From positions 59,954,001 to 60,018,000 of the forward strand of contig CM060733.1 in the NCBI GenBank assembly GCA_030704615.1: DNA of 64,000 nt, read 5' to 3'. The stretch comes from Takakia lepidozioides. Taxonomy: Eukaryota > Plantae > Bryophyta. Under the pieces are notes generated by a model. The model was not told where the DNA came from. It searched no databases and was given only the letters and a program-made list of their open reading frames with translations. Every line of letters begins with the position of its first letter. Within the stretch, counting starts at the first letter, position 1. Positions 47,401 to 62,761 of this stretch are shown piece by piece. A program made the translations under genes and the position numbers.

Positions 47401-50400
47401 AGCAGTGAACATGATGCATCAATTGTCCGTTGTAGAATCTTCCAATTCTAGACTGCAGAAGCAAAAGAAAATATTTTCAAGCTTCTAACTCCATCTTTTG
47501 TCCTCTGTCATGCTTCTCAAACTCTTGTTGTATAAACAAAACTTTCCAGGTCCCTGTTACAGTTAAAAGCTGGTCCCTCCAGTCTTTTGAAAGTTCCTGA
47601 GGAAATTGAGAACTCCTCTCTATCGTAAAGAGTATAAGGACATACTTTAGGATGTTGCTGCCATGTCATCATAGTGTAGTATGAACACATCAAGTCAAAG
47701 AGCACCTCCAAGGTCTTGCACAAGAATTGCCTGAACTTGGACTCGGGAAGCTGCAAACACAAGTCCCTGTATGGAAGTCTGCATGACCAGCACTGTTTGT
47801 GAGCTCTAAATCTGAAAAAAACCACCAGTAAACTCCTAGCAAAAACTACTGGTAGAGCTCTGATCAGATACAGGACATCCACTCCATACGCCATGTGCAT
47901 TGCAAATGAAACTTACATAGGTATCAAACATCGCAAGCAAACCAGACAGTGAGATTAGCAAAACCACAACTCGGATAATTTCAGGAGTCTTAAGAATTGT
48001 GGAAGTGGAAACTTGACACACAACACACTCCACCACTTCTTGAAAACAAAGATAGGTGTCAACCTGCTCTTCTTCTGGGCAATTTGTGCATCCTCTCCCT
48101 GCATAGACCATGTGCGAAGTACATCTCCAATGTTATCTTCTGTGTTACACCTATTTAGTTTGTGCCCAGCTAGGTTTGAGCAATAGCTTAAGTGAAGTCT
48201 TTCAAAGCAACAAGAAACCTGGAGAATAAGGTGCCATAAGGAGAAGAGTGTGCTTAATTGCAACAACAACCTACGCAAAGTGACCTGTGGCAGCACCAAA
48301 CTCATGGCAGTGACAATGGAAAAAAGGATGCCCACAGAAATGGTGGATTTTGTAGTCAACCACCAAGTATAACTATGCTTCCAAGCTAGATTGTGCAACA
48401 AAGATCAGATTGCACTAAGTAAGCAGGCCTCTCTCTAACTATCAGAGACAAGGAACAACCTCTACACAAGGCTTCTGACTCTACCTTGGTACTTTTCTGC
48501 ACATTTTTGTAACAGCATGGAGAAGGACTGATCGCCTTGTTTAGTTTAAAAGCATATTCAAGCTGTACCAACATAAAGATTCAAACAGACAGACTGTTTC
48601 AGATCTGTGGCATGTGCAATATTCCTCACCTGGAATAGCAAGTTCTTGAGAACATCATGTGTTTCAGATACAACGATTTGCGCAAAGAAGCTCTGCACCT
48701 TGTCAGCAAGACCAGCAACATCGTCCAACAAAGTATAAGCATCGATCACCTGCAACATGGAGAGATAGCATGCAATCTCACTGGAAGTGATTGTGACACA
48801 TCCAACAAAGAGCTTTCGTAATATCAGCTATACACAATTCAGATACCCAAGACAACAAGCTTTTTGAAGTGCCCTTGTCAGATCCAGAAGAGAATGAGAC
48901 ACCTCACAATTCCAAGGGTAGACCCATGGATGGACTGAGAGTTCCTTCAACACTGCAGCTTAGCAGCCGGCTGTGGTGTCGACACTTGCAACTAAAGCAG
49001 CCCATGAAAGAAAACCAAGATACACATCACATAAGATCTCGTGCAACAACCCTGTAAGTCTATTTACACAGTGGAACGTCACATCACTCCTACTTCCAGA
49101 AAAACGCATCAAAGAAGTTCGGCCAGACTTACAGTCGTATATTTCCGGACATCAAATTTGCGGCAAACATCCATTAGCAGCCCATCTACTTTGCCGATAG
49201 TCCGTTGTAGCCATTCCTGAGATGAAAATGTGGCTCAGTAGGTAAGTGCATGTTTCTTATGTCTCAGGCATCCCTCCGACAGGACATCAATCAGACTAAC
49301 GATATTTTCTGTGCATTGCAGGAGAGGGATTACACAGGAAAAACTAAAGATCTATACTAATAGCTCAAGTGTTCAAACCTCAATGCTATGATTCATATCC
49401 TGGATAGCTGACAGCTCTGGACATTCTTCCAGCAGCAGCAAACACTCCGAGCACATCTGCAATGCCTGGGCAGCCATTTTCACTTGTATGGTTTAAATTT
49501 TAGAAGTGGAGCGAAGCCACATGCCACAGAGATGATGAAAATGTCCACAAAATGACAGATTAATACGTTCTTGACACAGTTTAGGTCCTTATCATGTAAG
49601 AAATCAACAAAAAGGAAACGCAATGAAAATTTCCAAATTAAGACATTCAAAATCAGTGTACAGCTGACAACCAGACTGAGCAAGAGCAACGAGTCAAATC
49701 AGCCTTAAAAACAGTCAGGTTCACATACATGAAACTGAACTCAACTCACTTTAGCATACTTCCCCTCTTCAACTCTACCGTCAAGTTGGGCTTTCATGTC
49801 CATAGAAAGCTGAATTCGCTCCAAAACCGGAACCATATCCTGCAGACAAAGAAATTTATAATACAACTTAACAGTAGTGAAGTATGTCAGTAAAAAAACA
49901 TTAGGTTGCCCACTACAACAATGAACATGTAATAAAGTAAAAAGAAGTGATCACAGCCAAATCATGTCATACCACTTGGGATTGACACAGTAGCTATGCA
50001 GTATGCACATGCAGGCATACTCCAAACTTGAACTTACCAGCAAAATTTGTTTTTTTCTCACGTTTGCAGCAACCACAAGATCTTGTGACACCTCATGCAT
50101 AGCCTGCGACAGGTACCTTCGTCCATTCTGTACAAAAAAAGCTCCATCAGAGGTTCACACTGCCCAAGGGCAGACAGAACACTGGCCATTTAGAAGTGCT
50201 AGTACAGTCAGCAGATTACCTTGCATATGATACTCGCAACCTGCAAGTCTCTGTCAAGCTCTGTCACAAGCTGCATCCCCTTCACTGCAGAGCAAACGAA
50301 GAACGTCAACTGGATCACACTTCCAACATGCTTGCCAGTGAACAGAAGTCAATTTTGGTCAAGACGCGGAGTTAGAGCTGCCGACTATGATGGAATTATA

Positions 50401-52845
50401 CAATACTTTACAGGAAAAATTTCTGCCTCTCATCCTCGATAGGCATCAGCCTTCTTGAGGCAATGCCAGCCCAAATTTCCTAGGGTTTTTAAGAAAATTA
50501 GTATGTGCTGTTTGGCATGTAAAACACCAAACATTCTTCCAGCTACAACAGTATGCACCATCAAGCTCACAATAAACCCCTTTTGATCCCCTTCTCATCA
50601 TCATTGTGCCTGTTATTAGTGAAATAAGTAATCGTTCAAATATTGAACTGCAGCCCTCCTCCCTATTCTTGCTTTCTTCATGACTCGCACCATGACCATT
50701 AGAACTTTGCTACATTGGCCAACAAACTTAGATGTGAGTGCAATCATCCACTAGGGGCAAAATCATTGTTCAAAATCCAAGATTTGAACTCCTTGCTTGC
50801 CAACCACACAGTCATGAGTGGGTTTCAGCAAGACAAATGGCTACTGACATACTCAGTCATGTCATTGAATACTTGTCAGCACCTAAAAATAGGCAAGTAC
50901 TGTGTAACTCCTGCACATGCATGTTTCTTATCCACAAGTTATGAAGATGGCAATTCACTAGCCTTACAAAGAGAAAGACTATACCCATCTCCTCATGGTG
51001 TTCCATAACTTGCTTCGAAAGTCTCTCTGTTATGACATCGAGCTGCAACAATTTCTGTCCAACCTGCAGTAGCGATACCAAGGCAAAGACAACTCAGACT
51101 GCGGACAAGATTGTGTTTTAACAATTCATCAAGAACTTGAAAACGTGCACAAGGAAGTTAATTGCAAACGTAGAGGAGGAGGCAAGATTATTAGTTCAGA
51201 GGGGACACAGAAATTGATAGTCTCTGCACTAAGAATTGATTCCCAGGGCAAGAGTTGATGGGGCCGGTTGAGGACAGAAAGCCAGACAGAGCTCCAAACC
51301 ACCAAAGTAAGGAAAGAAGGCCTATCTATAGAGGCAATGTGCCACACTGAACATCCACAACAGCCAGGAGGCTACCTTGGCATCGAAATACTTTTGTTCC
51401 ACACCTTCCTCTGGCATGTCACGCAGCATATGCCTCACAGGATCAAAACCCTGCTTTTCACACAAGACGTCAGGAGAGAGCATGCAGCACCAATTAGTGA
51501 ATTCACAGAAAGCGGATTGTGTTGGTAGCACCTGCACTTTTCCAATGATACAGGGACTGGTGCACAGGGCATCAGGCAAACTGTGCTGTAGTTGAAGGCT
51601 CAGTCCCAATGAGATACAAAATTTCATTAGAAGCAATCAGTTCAAGATGTTGATCTCTCTCTAGATCCCATTTGAGCTTAATGCCTTGTCCATTCTCTCC
51701 TTTGGCTAAGCCAAATAGCTGACATATTGTGTGCCCCTGGCATGCAGGGCTAAGGTATGGACCAGGAGGCCCTTTTGTTCCCCTTCAGTGTTTGTTTCAC
51801 AAAGGACACCTACTGCACCTCTATTTGGTCTGGTAACTGACTCTGAAAGTTGTGACTCTTTTCTGGTATGATTTCTGGGGTAAATTTCCCTGATACTGTA
51901 TATTCCATCCATAGTAGCTAATGCATGCGAGGGATTGCCAGGGTTGACGGAGACATGCAGCAAGATTCATTCCCATATGTACCCTACCAATCCCTGACAG
52001 CTCTCATGGGCCTCGTCTCGGATCTTGTACCTCCTCATAGAAGACTTGATCGAGCTCCTCCACTGGCTCTCCACGAGGACGGCTTGCATAGACTGAGGTG
52101 GTACTTAGAGATAGGCGCTCATGTGGTGGAAGAGCAGCAATCTTCCTGGCAACTGCAGCAGCTGCAGCAGCCCGAGCTGGCACCTAACCCAAACCACATG
52201 TCAACTTCATCCATATAAAGGCATTAACACTCAAGATGGTCTTGAGCTGCCTGTTAGAAAGAACATGGTTTGGACGCTCTTGTGTGCAGAGGCACCCAAA
52301 AAGATCAGAAGCTGACATAAGTGAAGAAATTTGGGACCGTAGAGGTCAGAGTTCCAGAATAGGACAACTAATATGAGTGCATGCCAATTATGTTGGATCA
52401 GAAGACAAGGGGCAATTGAGATGACCGGCATTGCTCCTCTATGTTGAACCACTTTCTGCCAACTATGTAGGCATAGGTGCTTTTCTCATATCATGAACCT
52501 CTTGCATTGAGCTCAATTTCATGCCAGAGCAGCATCGCCCAGAAGAATGATGGCTTGGAGAAGTCACCATGTTTGACATGTCTCGTTACAATATAATTAG
52601 GGTTACAGGTGCGAGAGTTGAAAATGCTTTCTAAACCGTATACTGCAGGGAAGACTGTCTCCAAGGCGTATTAGGGTTTTCTCCTACTCTTCCGTTTCTT
52701 TGCTCTCCATTCCTCTTGCATTGTTCACAGTTGAAGTTAGGGTAAGCACCTCAGGTCGCCCCGACGACCATGACGACCTGGTTAGACTTCTCGCCGAAGA
52801 AACTGTCTTGAGCCATTTTTCGCCGATGCTATATATATCCTCCAT
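41424..52845 (-). CDS. VPS50: VPS50/syndetin (EARP complex subunit), multi-exon
   Basis: Exons MEDIYSIGEKWLKTVSSARS..RPE (52845-52750), VPARAAAAAAVARKIAALP..FYEE, FDPVRH, LLQLDVITERLS, LPYRDLCLQLPESKFRQ, EGLSRVKRCNNEGRALMSLDLQ, and last exon EYTKGQVIGLINLVA..WKRK. Confidence 0.9.
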
Positions 52846-54318
52846 GGCGGCCTGCTAATACGAGCCCTCAGAGGGAACTGATAGTGCAGTACTCATAAGG
52901 AAATTTTCGCCTTTGTTGTGGTGCCTTCCTCGCAGTTCCACATGTAAGAGCCACCTCAACACCTTCGTTCCTTTTCAGAACCATATCTTTGACTGGCAAC
53001 CTTTGAGGACACCACATTTCTGTGGAACTATCGTACACATACAAGCTACAGGTCCAAGAACACATCGTCGTGTGCTGTAAGCCAGTTACCAGAAAGAAGG
53101 CAAGCCCGCATGTTTATAAGCAGCAAGCCTGACCGGCCTGAAGCCTTTGCGGCCAATAAATCCATATCAGCTGTCGCATACAACATATTCAACCCATAGT
53201 CGCGACAATGTTGAGGTGTAAATCGTTTTCCTCTTGAACTGGCCCACACAATCTGGAAAATTCATCCTTGCCATAACATTATTCACCCTGTCACCAGGAA
53301 ATCATTGTGCCATGGGCCTCCAATCCCCCCAAGCGGCATTCAATCCAAATTCTCCCGGTTTCAGATTTGGACAGCAACCTCTCTCAAACCTGACCAAAGG
53401 TTCAACCACGAATGCCAAGGGTACGGAAAATCTCAAAACCTGCTATAAACTCTCTCCGCCATTCTGAGTTGCTCTCCCACCACCTCTCCATCGCATGTTC
53501 TTACACATGATCAACGCGAACATTCACCACGCATCACAGCACGCTCGAAGCGTTGCAATCCAACCTCGCATCGCCTGGCCACAATACGCACATCGTTTTA
53601 ATGCACATTGTGCAACCTCAGTGATTCAATCCCCTACGCATTCCGATCCGAGTGATGCGCACAGATTCTATTCAAGAGCATGAAAATCTCGCCTGCCACC
53701 CTCCAATTCCTCGCCTGCCTGCCTGCCCTCTCACAGGGTTTAGGTCATGCCCCCACATGCATGGCATCCCATGCCTGACAACCAATCTATTATGAGCTCC
53801 CGGATGAACGTGCACGATCATCCACCAACGAACCCCTCTGGCATAACGCGGCTAAACCAGTTTAGCCAGAACTGCGCTCACGGACGAAACTCAACCTTCG
53901 TCCGTCCCATCCGCTCCCAACAGAATCCAACATTCATCCGTCCCAAGATAACGAACGGATAACAGGGGGCTTTACAAAAAGGAACACGAGTGGCCCGCGC
54001 CCCGCCACGACCACCCGTCACTTTTCGGGGTCGTATCATACCACACGCTGTGCGGGCTATCGCCATGTATAGCCCCATCGTCACCTGGGATTGGGCCGTG
54101 GCTTGGGACGTGGCGGCAGGCTGCTGCAGACTGGCACGCAGGCCACAATGGAAGAAGAGTGCACGACAGGGGACCAACAAGGTGGGGGTGGCCAGGGAAG
54201 GGGGATGAGGGGAGGGAGAGGGAGACAGAGGGAGACTAGGGAGAGAGAGAGATGTTTGGGATTGTAGAAGAGGGAGAAAAAGAGAAAGGAGAGGGAGAGG
54301 GAGAGGGTGACTCCCGGG

Positions 54319-57300
54319 ATGGCGAGTGGAGCTTCGTTTCTGTCTGCGGAGGGAGCAGCGGCGGCGGCGGTGAGTGCAGGAGGAGGGGCGTGCATAGGGA
54401 CAGGGACAGCGGTAGGACAGAGTGGGAGAAGGAGGGGGGGGAGGCTCAGGCACAGCGGGCAGGGGCAGCAGCAGCAGCAGCAGCGGGGCGGGGAGGCATG
54501 GGGGGGAGCTGTGCAACGTGTGGCAGTGGGGACAGGGCGGGCTCCAAGTGCAGGCTGGGGCTGGGCTGGGACGCAGCATAGTGTGCAGGCGCAGGGGGGG
54601 TTGAATTCGGAGTTTTGTGGGAGGAGGTCTACACGGCTGGTGTCCAAGTTTCACCATGGGCGGCAGAAATTGTATTTGGGGAAGCACAGTCCTGAAGCAG
54701 ATATGGCCGCTCAGGAGATTCTGCAGGCGCCGTCTGTGAGGAACACCTCGGGATTGCTTGACAAGTGGTGCCACCAGCTGGTTGGCTTGGAGGATTTCCC
54801 CTACCTTCTGCGGGAGCTGGGGAATCGAGGTGAGTGGGAGAGGGCGTTGCAGAGTTATGAGTGGATGGTGCGGCAGGAGCACATCAAAAGTGAGTGGAGC
54901 AAGCTGGCAAGTATCATGATAAGCACTCTTGGGCGGTTGGGGAAGGTGGAGATTGCTCAGGAGGTGTTCAATAGGGCGCAAAAGGTCGGGTTTGGGAATA
55001 ATGTGTACGCGTACTCAGCTTTGGTTAGTGCGTACGGCCGCAGTGGAAGATGCGGTGAGGCACTGAAGCTGTTTCACTTGATGAAGAAGTGTGGTTGCAA
55101 GCCCAACCTTATCACCTACAACACTGTTATTGATGCCTGCGGGAAGGGTGGAGTAGACTTGAGGATGGCTCTTGACATCTTTGATGAGATGCAGCGGGAA
55201 GGTGTGGAGCCCGACCGCATTACTTTCAACTCTCTCATTGCCGTGTGCAGCCGAGGCAGCCTCTGGGAGGAATCGCAGCGAGTGTTTGCTGAAATGCAGC
55301 GTCGGGGTATTGAACAAGATATTTTCACCTACAACACTCTCATCGATGCAGTTTCCAAAGGGGGCCAGATGGAAATGGCTGCCACCATCATGTTGGACAT
55401 GCGGCGCAAGGCAGTGAGTCCCAATGTGGTCACCTACAGCACAATGATTGATGGATATGGAAAGCTTGGGTGTTTTGAGGAAGCCATTAGCTTGTATCAT
55501 GAGATGAAGGAGGCTGGCATTCGGCCTGATCACGTCTCCTACAACACACTTATTGACATTTATGCGAAGCTTGGCAGGTTTGAGGATGCTCTGACTGCAT
55601 GTAAGGACATGGAAAGGGCTGGCTTGAAGGCAGATGTCGTCACTTACAATGCCCTGATAGATGCACATGGAAAGCAGGGAAATTATGAGGAGGCAGCATG
55701 CCTGTTTGAAAAGATGAAAGGGGAGGGGCTCGTTCCTAATGTGCTCACTTACTCGGCCCTGATTGATGCTTACTCCAAGAGAGGCATGCATCAAGATGCC
55801 AAACAGGTCTTTGGGGAGTTCAAGAGGGCTGGACTTAAGCCCGATGTTGTTCTCTACAGTGCACTAATTGATTCGTATTGCAAGTGTGGTTTGGCTGAAG
55901 ATGCCACGGAGCTGCTGCAAGAGATGTTACAGGCCGGCATCCAGCCCAATATCGTGACTTATAACTCTCTCATTGATGCATATGGTCGAAAGAGCCAGGT
56001 AATCATTTTAATCTCTATATGGTGCAATATCTATGCAGCTTACTGCTATCCTTGTATTGCCTGTTAGCTCTGACTTAGTTACAAACTCCTTTTCCCCAAT
56101 TGGCATGAATAATCACTGTATTTGTTGTGGGTGGCAATCTAAACTGAGTAGTATCTTTCAAAGCAGTGTATTTTTGTAAAAATGCAGTTGCTAAGAGGCT
56201 AGTGGGCAGTGTGTTGTAATTACCACACTTCTTTCTGTCTGTATGGTTTAGAGTAGATTAAGCTTGTTGGGCATCCGTATGTTCTCCAGAGTGTTGATTG
56301 TTGTTGGCTCGTGCAGCTGGACAGCATGGAAGTGATGAAGGGGTCCAAATCAGCTCTCTACAGATGTGGAAATGAGGGGCATTTGGATTTGGAGTCTGGA
56401 AACAGAATGCAGCCTTTCCAAGACAATTCTGGGGAGCGTACCATATTGGCTGCTGTCAGAGTATTCCATGAAATGCAGCAGTTTGGATTGAAACCAAATG
56501 TGGTAACATTTTCGGCCATCCTCAACGCCTGCAGGTGAGCACAGTCAGAATCCCCATGCACACACCTTATATTTTGTAGGAGCCCCCTACATCACAGTGG
56601 ATTGAGAGTGACATATATTCAAGTGACCTTTTTCAGAGCATCTGTGAAGGCTGGGTTAAGCTGTCCTGGAAAAGATTTTGAGTGTTTTAACTCCGAAGTC
56701 TGTAGCGTGGTGTTCTGTTCAATTCTTACTAAGGCAGCAGCGTGGGCCATACTGAGCGGCCCACATACACTCTAGTCTATGCAGCCCTGTGAAGTGTGGA
56801 GGATATATTTGAAATGACATGCTAGAAAGTGCCTAACGGCAGATATGGAGTACATAGTAGGTGCTAACATCGCAGGTAATGTATTTGGGGCAAAATGTAG
56901 TCGATGTGCCTCATTGCAGGAGGCATCACTGTTGCTGGATGAGATGCGGTTGTTCGATAGTCGGGTGTATGGCGTGGCTCATGGGTTGCTGATGGGTTCA
57001 CGTGAGCGGGTATGGAGGGAGGCGGAACGGCTTTTTGATGAGATAGCGCAATTGGACTATGCTACTGGTGCTGCCTTCTACAATGCTCTCACCGATGTGC
57101 TCTGGCATTTTGGCCAGGTACTGCTCACAATTTGTGCACATCCTTTAATGGATGGGTGGAGGAGAATTATCCTCATGGTCCCCTTGTCTTATCTTCTTCT
57201 TCTGTGGATCAAACTTGTTGAACCATTCCCTTACTATTTTGATTTCATTTTTTGTGAAGGCATTAGTAGATGAAATGTACTCTTCAGTCTGGTGCAAGAA

Positions 57301-59393
57301 ATCACCTCTTCCTTGCACCCTTCATTGTTTGGCAGTTCAAGACCATTGAACCGCCAAATGGGACTGCAGCTCGTTGAGTCATGGAGGACAGAGTGGACCC
57401 AGAAGCTTGGCAGATTTGGGGGAAAGTTAACCAGACTCTGTAGTGGTTGACCTACTTCACGTAAAACATTGTTAGGACATTGAAGCCTGACTGTTGCTAG
57501 TTCTGGGCTAACCTCCTTAGAGTGGTAGCAACCCCAATGGATCAAGGACTCTTAAATGTGCCTGCTCTGAGCGGTGTCACTTTTCTTGTAGTTGACTCGC
57601 TGCTCTATTCCGATACAGTAGGGGACATCTAGTTATTGTGCTTCAGTTTGCGCGAGTGAGCCTGAAGATCGTTCACCAAAGCCATAGGTTCCATTAGCTG
57701 TCAGGTGTTCTGAAGAGTTATCTATTTGTGATAGTTCTGACAGCCTAAAGAATCTCAGATCAAGCATGGAGTGGATCGCTTGAGCTGGGCAGCCACTTAC
57801 AAGGTTTTCTTTCATCAATAGAAGTCACAGCAAGAAGACTTAGATCAGGGCATAGTATTTGATAGGCCCCTTGGGCAAGCTTTCAGCACAATGTTCTGCT
57901 AGTGCTGCCCTGCCCTTGTCCCAGTTAACAGCATTCACAGGAGTCACATAACACAATGGTTTGATAGTCGCAGAAGATGGAATGGTCTTAGTAAGCAGTG
58001 CGCACATTCACCTGGTATTCTTGCAGTATGTGGCCAATAGTTGTTTGTTCCTTGGTTATTTCATGCTTTGCTCATAGTCATGGAAGTTTAGTTTTACCAT
58101 ATGCCATTAGGTGAATTGTATTGCAAGCACTTTGAACCAATGTATGTCAGCATATATTCAGGGAAGATAGGTCTTGTTGGTCTTGTCACAGTGGGAAGGA
58201 GCACAAAAGGTTGTCGTGGCTGCCAAGCGACGGCAAGTGTGGGAGAATGCCTGGTGGCGCTCAGAGCAGCAATTTTGCTTGGATCTACACCTCATGTCCG
58301 TAGGTGCAGCACAAGCCATGCTGCATTCTTGGCTACTTGATCTCCGAGCATTGTTGTGGGAAGGACATGATTTGCCCCGTGTTCTTAGGTATTCTCTTTG
58401 CTCTCCCGGACTTGCCTTGTTGTGCTCTAAATGGAGGAAGTTTGGGTCAGCTTGTGCCTTAGCATTGGAAGGATCTCTACCCTTGGATAGTTGTGTCACA
58501 TGTATTGGTCAAATTGAACTAGACTCTTGTCAATACCCAGTTCAGAATCCAAGGAAACTCATGTTGCACAACATATTTTTTGGGATATTGGAAGGCGTAC
58601 TTATTGTGGAAGCAGCCTCTTGCAATTGAAGGTTTGACTTTTTGCTCCATTGGCCACAATGAAAGACAGAAAAGAGCATTACCTCAGTGCATGGTGCTAT
58701 GTTTGACTGGGACATTGACATTGCAAACGTTCTATTGAACACTGTGTGTAGACTATAGGATGTCGGCAAGAATTTGGGTTATGGGGGTGTTTCAAAGGTT
58801 TGATCAACCCAATTGGGCCACCAGCACTGTGGCCCTCAAGTGGCGGCCCAGGTTGATTGCTATGCAGCAATGGGCACACATATTGGAGAGGACTACATTC
58901 CAGAAGTCAAAAAGATATACATCAGGAAGTATGGGGCGCAGCTTTCCATGCACTAACTAATGGAAGTCCTCAAGAAATGTGATAAAGTCAAAACGTGAAA
59001 TGTAGTCATGGTGGTTCTTGTGACTTGCCAAACGCTTGAATGGAGGATTCATGTGCGGAGAATCAAGAACAGTGTGTGATAGTGGGTGTTACTGGTTTGT
59101 GCAGCATTTTGACAGGGTGGGGCAAGCACAGCAAAGTAGCGGGGGACAGTACAGTGAAGCGCGCCGTTGAATCACGGCTGCTGGAGATAAGGGCACCGTT
59201 CCATGTGGGACGTTATAACGAAGGGCGACTGGTATGTGCAGGTCATGTGGTGCGTGCATGGCTACAGGATCCTAGAACATTAGACTTTCTGATTCTTCGA
59301 GACCTTCTAGTCAGTCCCTTAAAAAGAAATGAGCTTCCCGAGTTGAGAGTTTTGTCACCAAGAGAACCCCATGTGGCAAATTGTGTTGGTTAA
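54319..59393 (+). CDS. GUN1: GUN1 plastid PPR-SMR protein
   Basis: [16 protein letters not shown], ~10 P-type PPR repeats, [31 protein letters not shown]; SMR motifs [11 protein letters not shown] and [14 protein letters not shown]. Exons ~54319-55998, 56317-56534, 56901-57117, 58191-58388, 59105-59393. Confidence 0.93.
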
Positions 59394-62300
59394 ATCCAAC
59401 CAAGTGTTGGGGAGTTTTGGGAGGGAAGGCCCAGCTCTGGGGCCTTCCCTCGGGGCTGATAATTGAGAGTCCCAGGCAGTGCCGACCACTAGAGTAGGAA
59501 CACAGGGCTGGGTCTTTCCCTCAGGGCCCTGGGTTGGAAACTGTTCATGTCTAAATGAGTTCTTAGAAAATGCAGCAGGATAGCTTCTGAATATCATGTG
59601 CTCAAGTAGGCATTTTGGTGGATTCACTAACACATCCACACGCGATTGGCCTAAAGCAATAATATTATGTGTTTCAAGTGTATTCATGTTCTCTAAGCAG
59701 CTTCTATCAGGTCTTGTTGGTTGCCTCTGGTTACTCCGATGGGAACGGAAGGGAGAGTATAGAAGAGATATACGCCCCCATACCAGGGGGTCGTAAGCGA
59801 GATTACAGAAGAGATCAATGCTCCCACACGCTCCCATACAGTAAGAATGGGCGAGTATATGTATGATATGTGTTCTCTGTAGAACTGGCATCAGCGACAG
59901 GGGGATTGTCACTTGTCCATCCCTGGGCCAAAAATGTGGGCAGACCTGCCCATAAATGGGACCCTACCACTCACTGCCAGTTAAACTCCCTGCTTCTACA
60001 GAGACAAGCACACTAGGTAGGCAAGCAGACAGCTATTCACAATTTCTTTGGAAACTACAGTCTACATTTTGAGCAGCCTTGTCCAGGCATCAATTTCGGC
60101 ACTCAAATTGGAATGCCAGATAATTTGCATTGATTCACATGAAGAAGACGATGGGGGTCTCCAGTCCTGGCCATTTGAGAGATGCTGCCCGTTTTGTGGG
60201 GTGTTGAGTACATGTATGCTCGGACCTGCCATAGCACTTGATCGCAGTAACCCCTCACAAGGATTTTGGTTTGGTAAATATTCATGTATTTTTGACTGCT
60301 TGTATACATACTAGAAACTATTAAGTTTGATTCTACAGGAGGCTGAGCTATTTTGACTTTCAGCGAGCTAATCCGGCAGCACATTTAATTTTCTTAAATG
60401 ATCTGGACCACCCTGTACATTAACAGTGAATCCTGTTGGTTATGCACGAGCATACCTCAATTTTGCAACGAGTTTCAACTTGGACTGGTGGGTAAAACCC
60501 ACAATCAACTCTTGGAAAAGTTGATACGCCTCAGAGGAAATGCACTCAACATGGCAAACAGTCCCAGGAATGGTGAATGAACCAAGCAGCTGAGATATGA
60601 TGCAAAGACACTCTCGCTTTCACCACAAGAGCAAACCTCATCTTGAAATTGGTGAAAACAGTTTGCATCCCGTACAACGATTGCTCGCCCAACAATCTTT
60701 GAGATTAACTTGGTGGTCATGTGGCAGTCACCACACACACAGGAAGGTTCTTAATAACACGGAGAGGCTCCCCACGGGCCGTGCTAATCAGCCCAAAAGC
60801 AATGGCCAGCATCTCACTGTGGTGGCAAACTGAAATTTCCTTTTGCTCCTACTCCACATCATGCAATAACAAGCCTGGGTGAGGAACGCACACTGCCTCC
60901 TTCATCAACTCATGAGACACTCTTGTCAGATCAGCATGTATTTCCTCAATTTGTGGATGCAATTTGTGATCTACCATGAGGGTGTGCACCCTGTTGCCAA
61001 CCTCAATGCGGCAGCGACCTGGCTATATTTCTTTTATCTTTTCCATTGCTCTGTACATGTGTTGATTGGGTTAAAGGCCTATGGCAGTGTTTGTGGTCCT
61101 TATACCCTTCATCTCATTATATTTTGTCCTCTCATGTGTAGGCCAAGATTAGTGGAGTCAGTGGACAAGGTGGGAGTTACTAATCTAATGCAAGACGTGT
61201 ATTTCCACACCAGAATCACTGCTGTGTGCTTGTCGGTGAATTTATAGCTGTTGGTAAGGGATTTGGCTTTCTATCTCCTTAGCTTCAGTTGGAGATGTCT
61301 TCCCTTGACTCTTGATCTTGATTAGCTGTTCCTTTGATAGTTGAAGGAGTATCTTTGTGTAGAAGACTTCCAATGCAATAGTCCAACCCTACCATTCCAA
61401 ATGACCTCTGGCAGGTTGTTTCCAGCCTGGCCAGGGAAGGGCTGGCTCCGTGGCCACTTGTCATCCTTGACAAACATATCCTCATTTGGTTTCTTGCTCC
61501 TCAGGAAAACGGTATGGGAGATCAAAGAACAGTGAAGTTCCGTGTCACTACGCTGGTCCCTATGCGATCCAAGTCTACATAGTTCTCAAAATTGCATGTT
61601 TTGGATGCAGACCTGCAGGGAGTGAAAGAGGTCGAAGAGCTTAGTGTAGGGTGGGCCTCCCTGCTTTTACAAAACTGACTAGAGGGCCTGTGCAGTGACT
61701 TGAGGAGATCAAGGAAGCTGCAAGCAGAGTGCATAATGATGTCCCGGACTTCGAGGAGCTTCCCAGATTTGTGCTGGTTGCTGCTGTTCTCCCCGCCCAC
61801 GGTGTGCACACACCTCCAACTCATCTTCCATTAATTTTGTGAGGACCACGCATAGGGAAGGGCAGCAGATGAAGATGCATTTAGCGGTTAAGAATGAGTG
61901 AACGAGGGCGGCAGCCTCAATTCACGCGTATCGGAAACGGCTAAATGCCCTTCATCAGCTGCCCTTCACCGGCGCAAAACACCAACCTGCTCCTCCATCA
62001 ATCTAGTGTCTACCTTCGTCCACGAGGCCCCCATGGCTACATGCAGATAGACCGCATACAAAGGTGATACTAACGTAAGGTCTTGAAAGCCTCCCTGCCA
62101 CACCCAAGCTTTGCAGATCCTGCTGTCATTCTATTCCAGGTAATCGTAGGGAGCGTAACCAGTTGTTAAAAATAGCTACGCAGCCAAGGGACGGAAAACG
62201 CGCTACTAATATGTCGTCCAATCAAGTGTATCGCATCCGGATCAATGTTCAGTGGGCAGCTGTCAGTACAGAATGGACTAGGTAACCGGCGAGAGCTGGC

Positions 62301-62761
62301 CGGTTACAGGTAATAGCTATCACGGGTCACCGGTCAGGTCGAGCCGGTTACCGGACATAGCGGGAGCGTCAAGCTGACTGGCTAATGACCGGTTACATGG
62401 GAGGTACCTTGGGGTTGGGAGGTAGGTAGATAAGTCGGTTGCTCTCTTTCTTGTTAGAATTCGTGTTTATGTTTTGTTTATCTCTGCTGTTTCTAGTGCG
62501 CGTTTGAGCGAGTTTTAATTCTCAGATGGAGGTTATATATGTATTTAGAGTAGTCAGATGTAGGTATTTCGATTTCTGCACACTAGTTCAATTCTGAACC
62601 ATTTAAGCTATACTAGCCACATGTCACATCTGAAGTGCAACAGGTGTCGTGACGTGTCGCTTGCGTAGTGGTGCATGTGTTCCTCTAAAGCCTCTCCATG
62701 TAGGCAACGCTCATCAGACAATGTAGTCATATAGTTAGTCGTATGTAAGTCATAGAGTTGT

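Noticed and set aside
53878-55794. Long minus-strand ORFs (367 and 259 aa)
   Set aside because: Antisense shadows of GUN1 exon 1.
60000-62700. Decayed LINE or solo-LTR remnants
   Set aside because: Composition is suggestive, but no diagnostic motif or TSD could be confirmed by eye.
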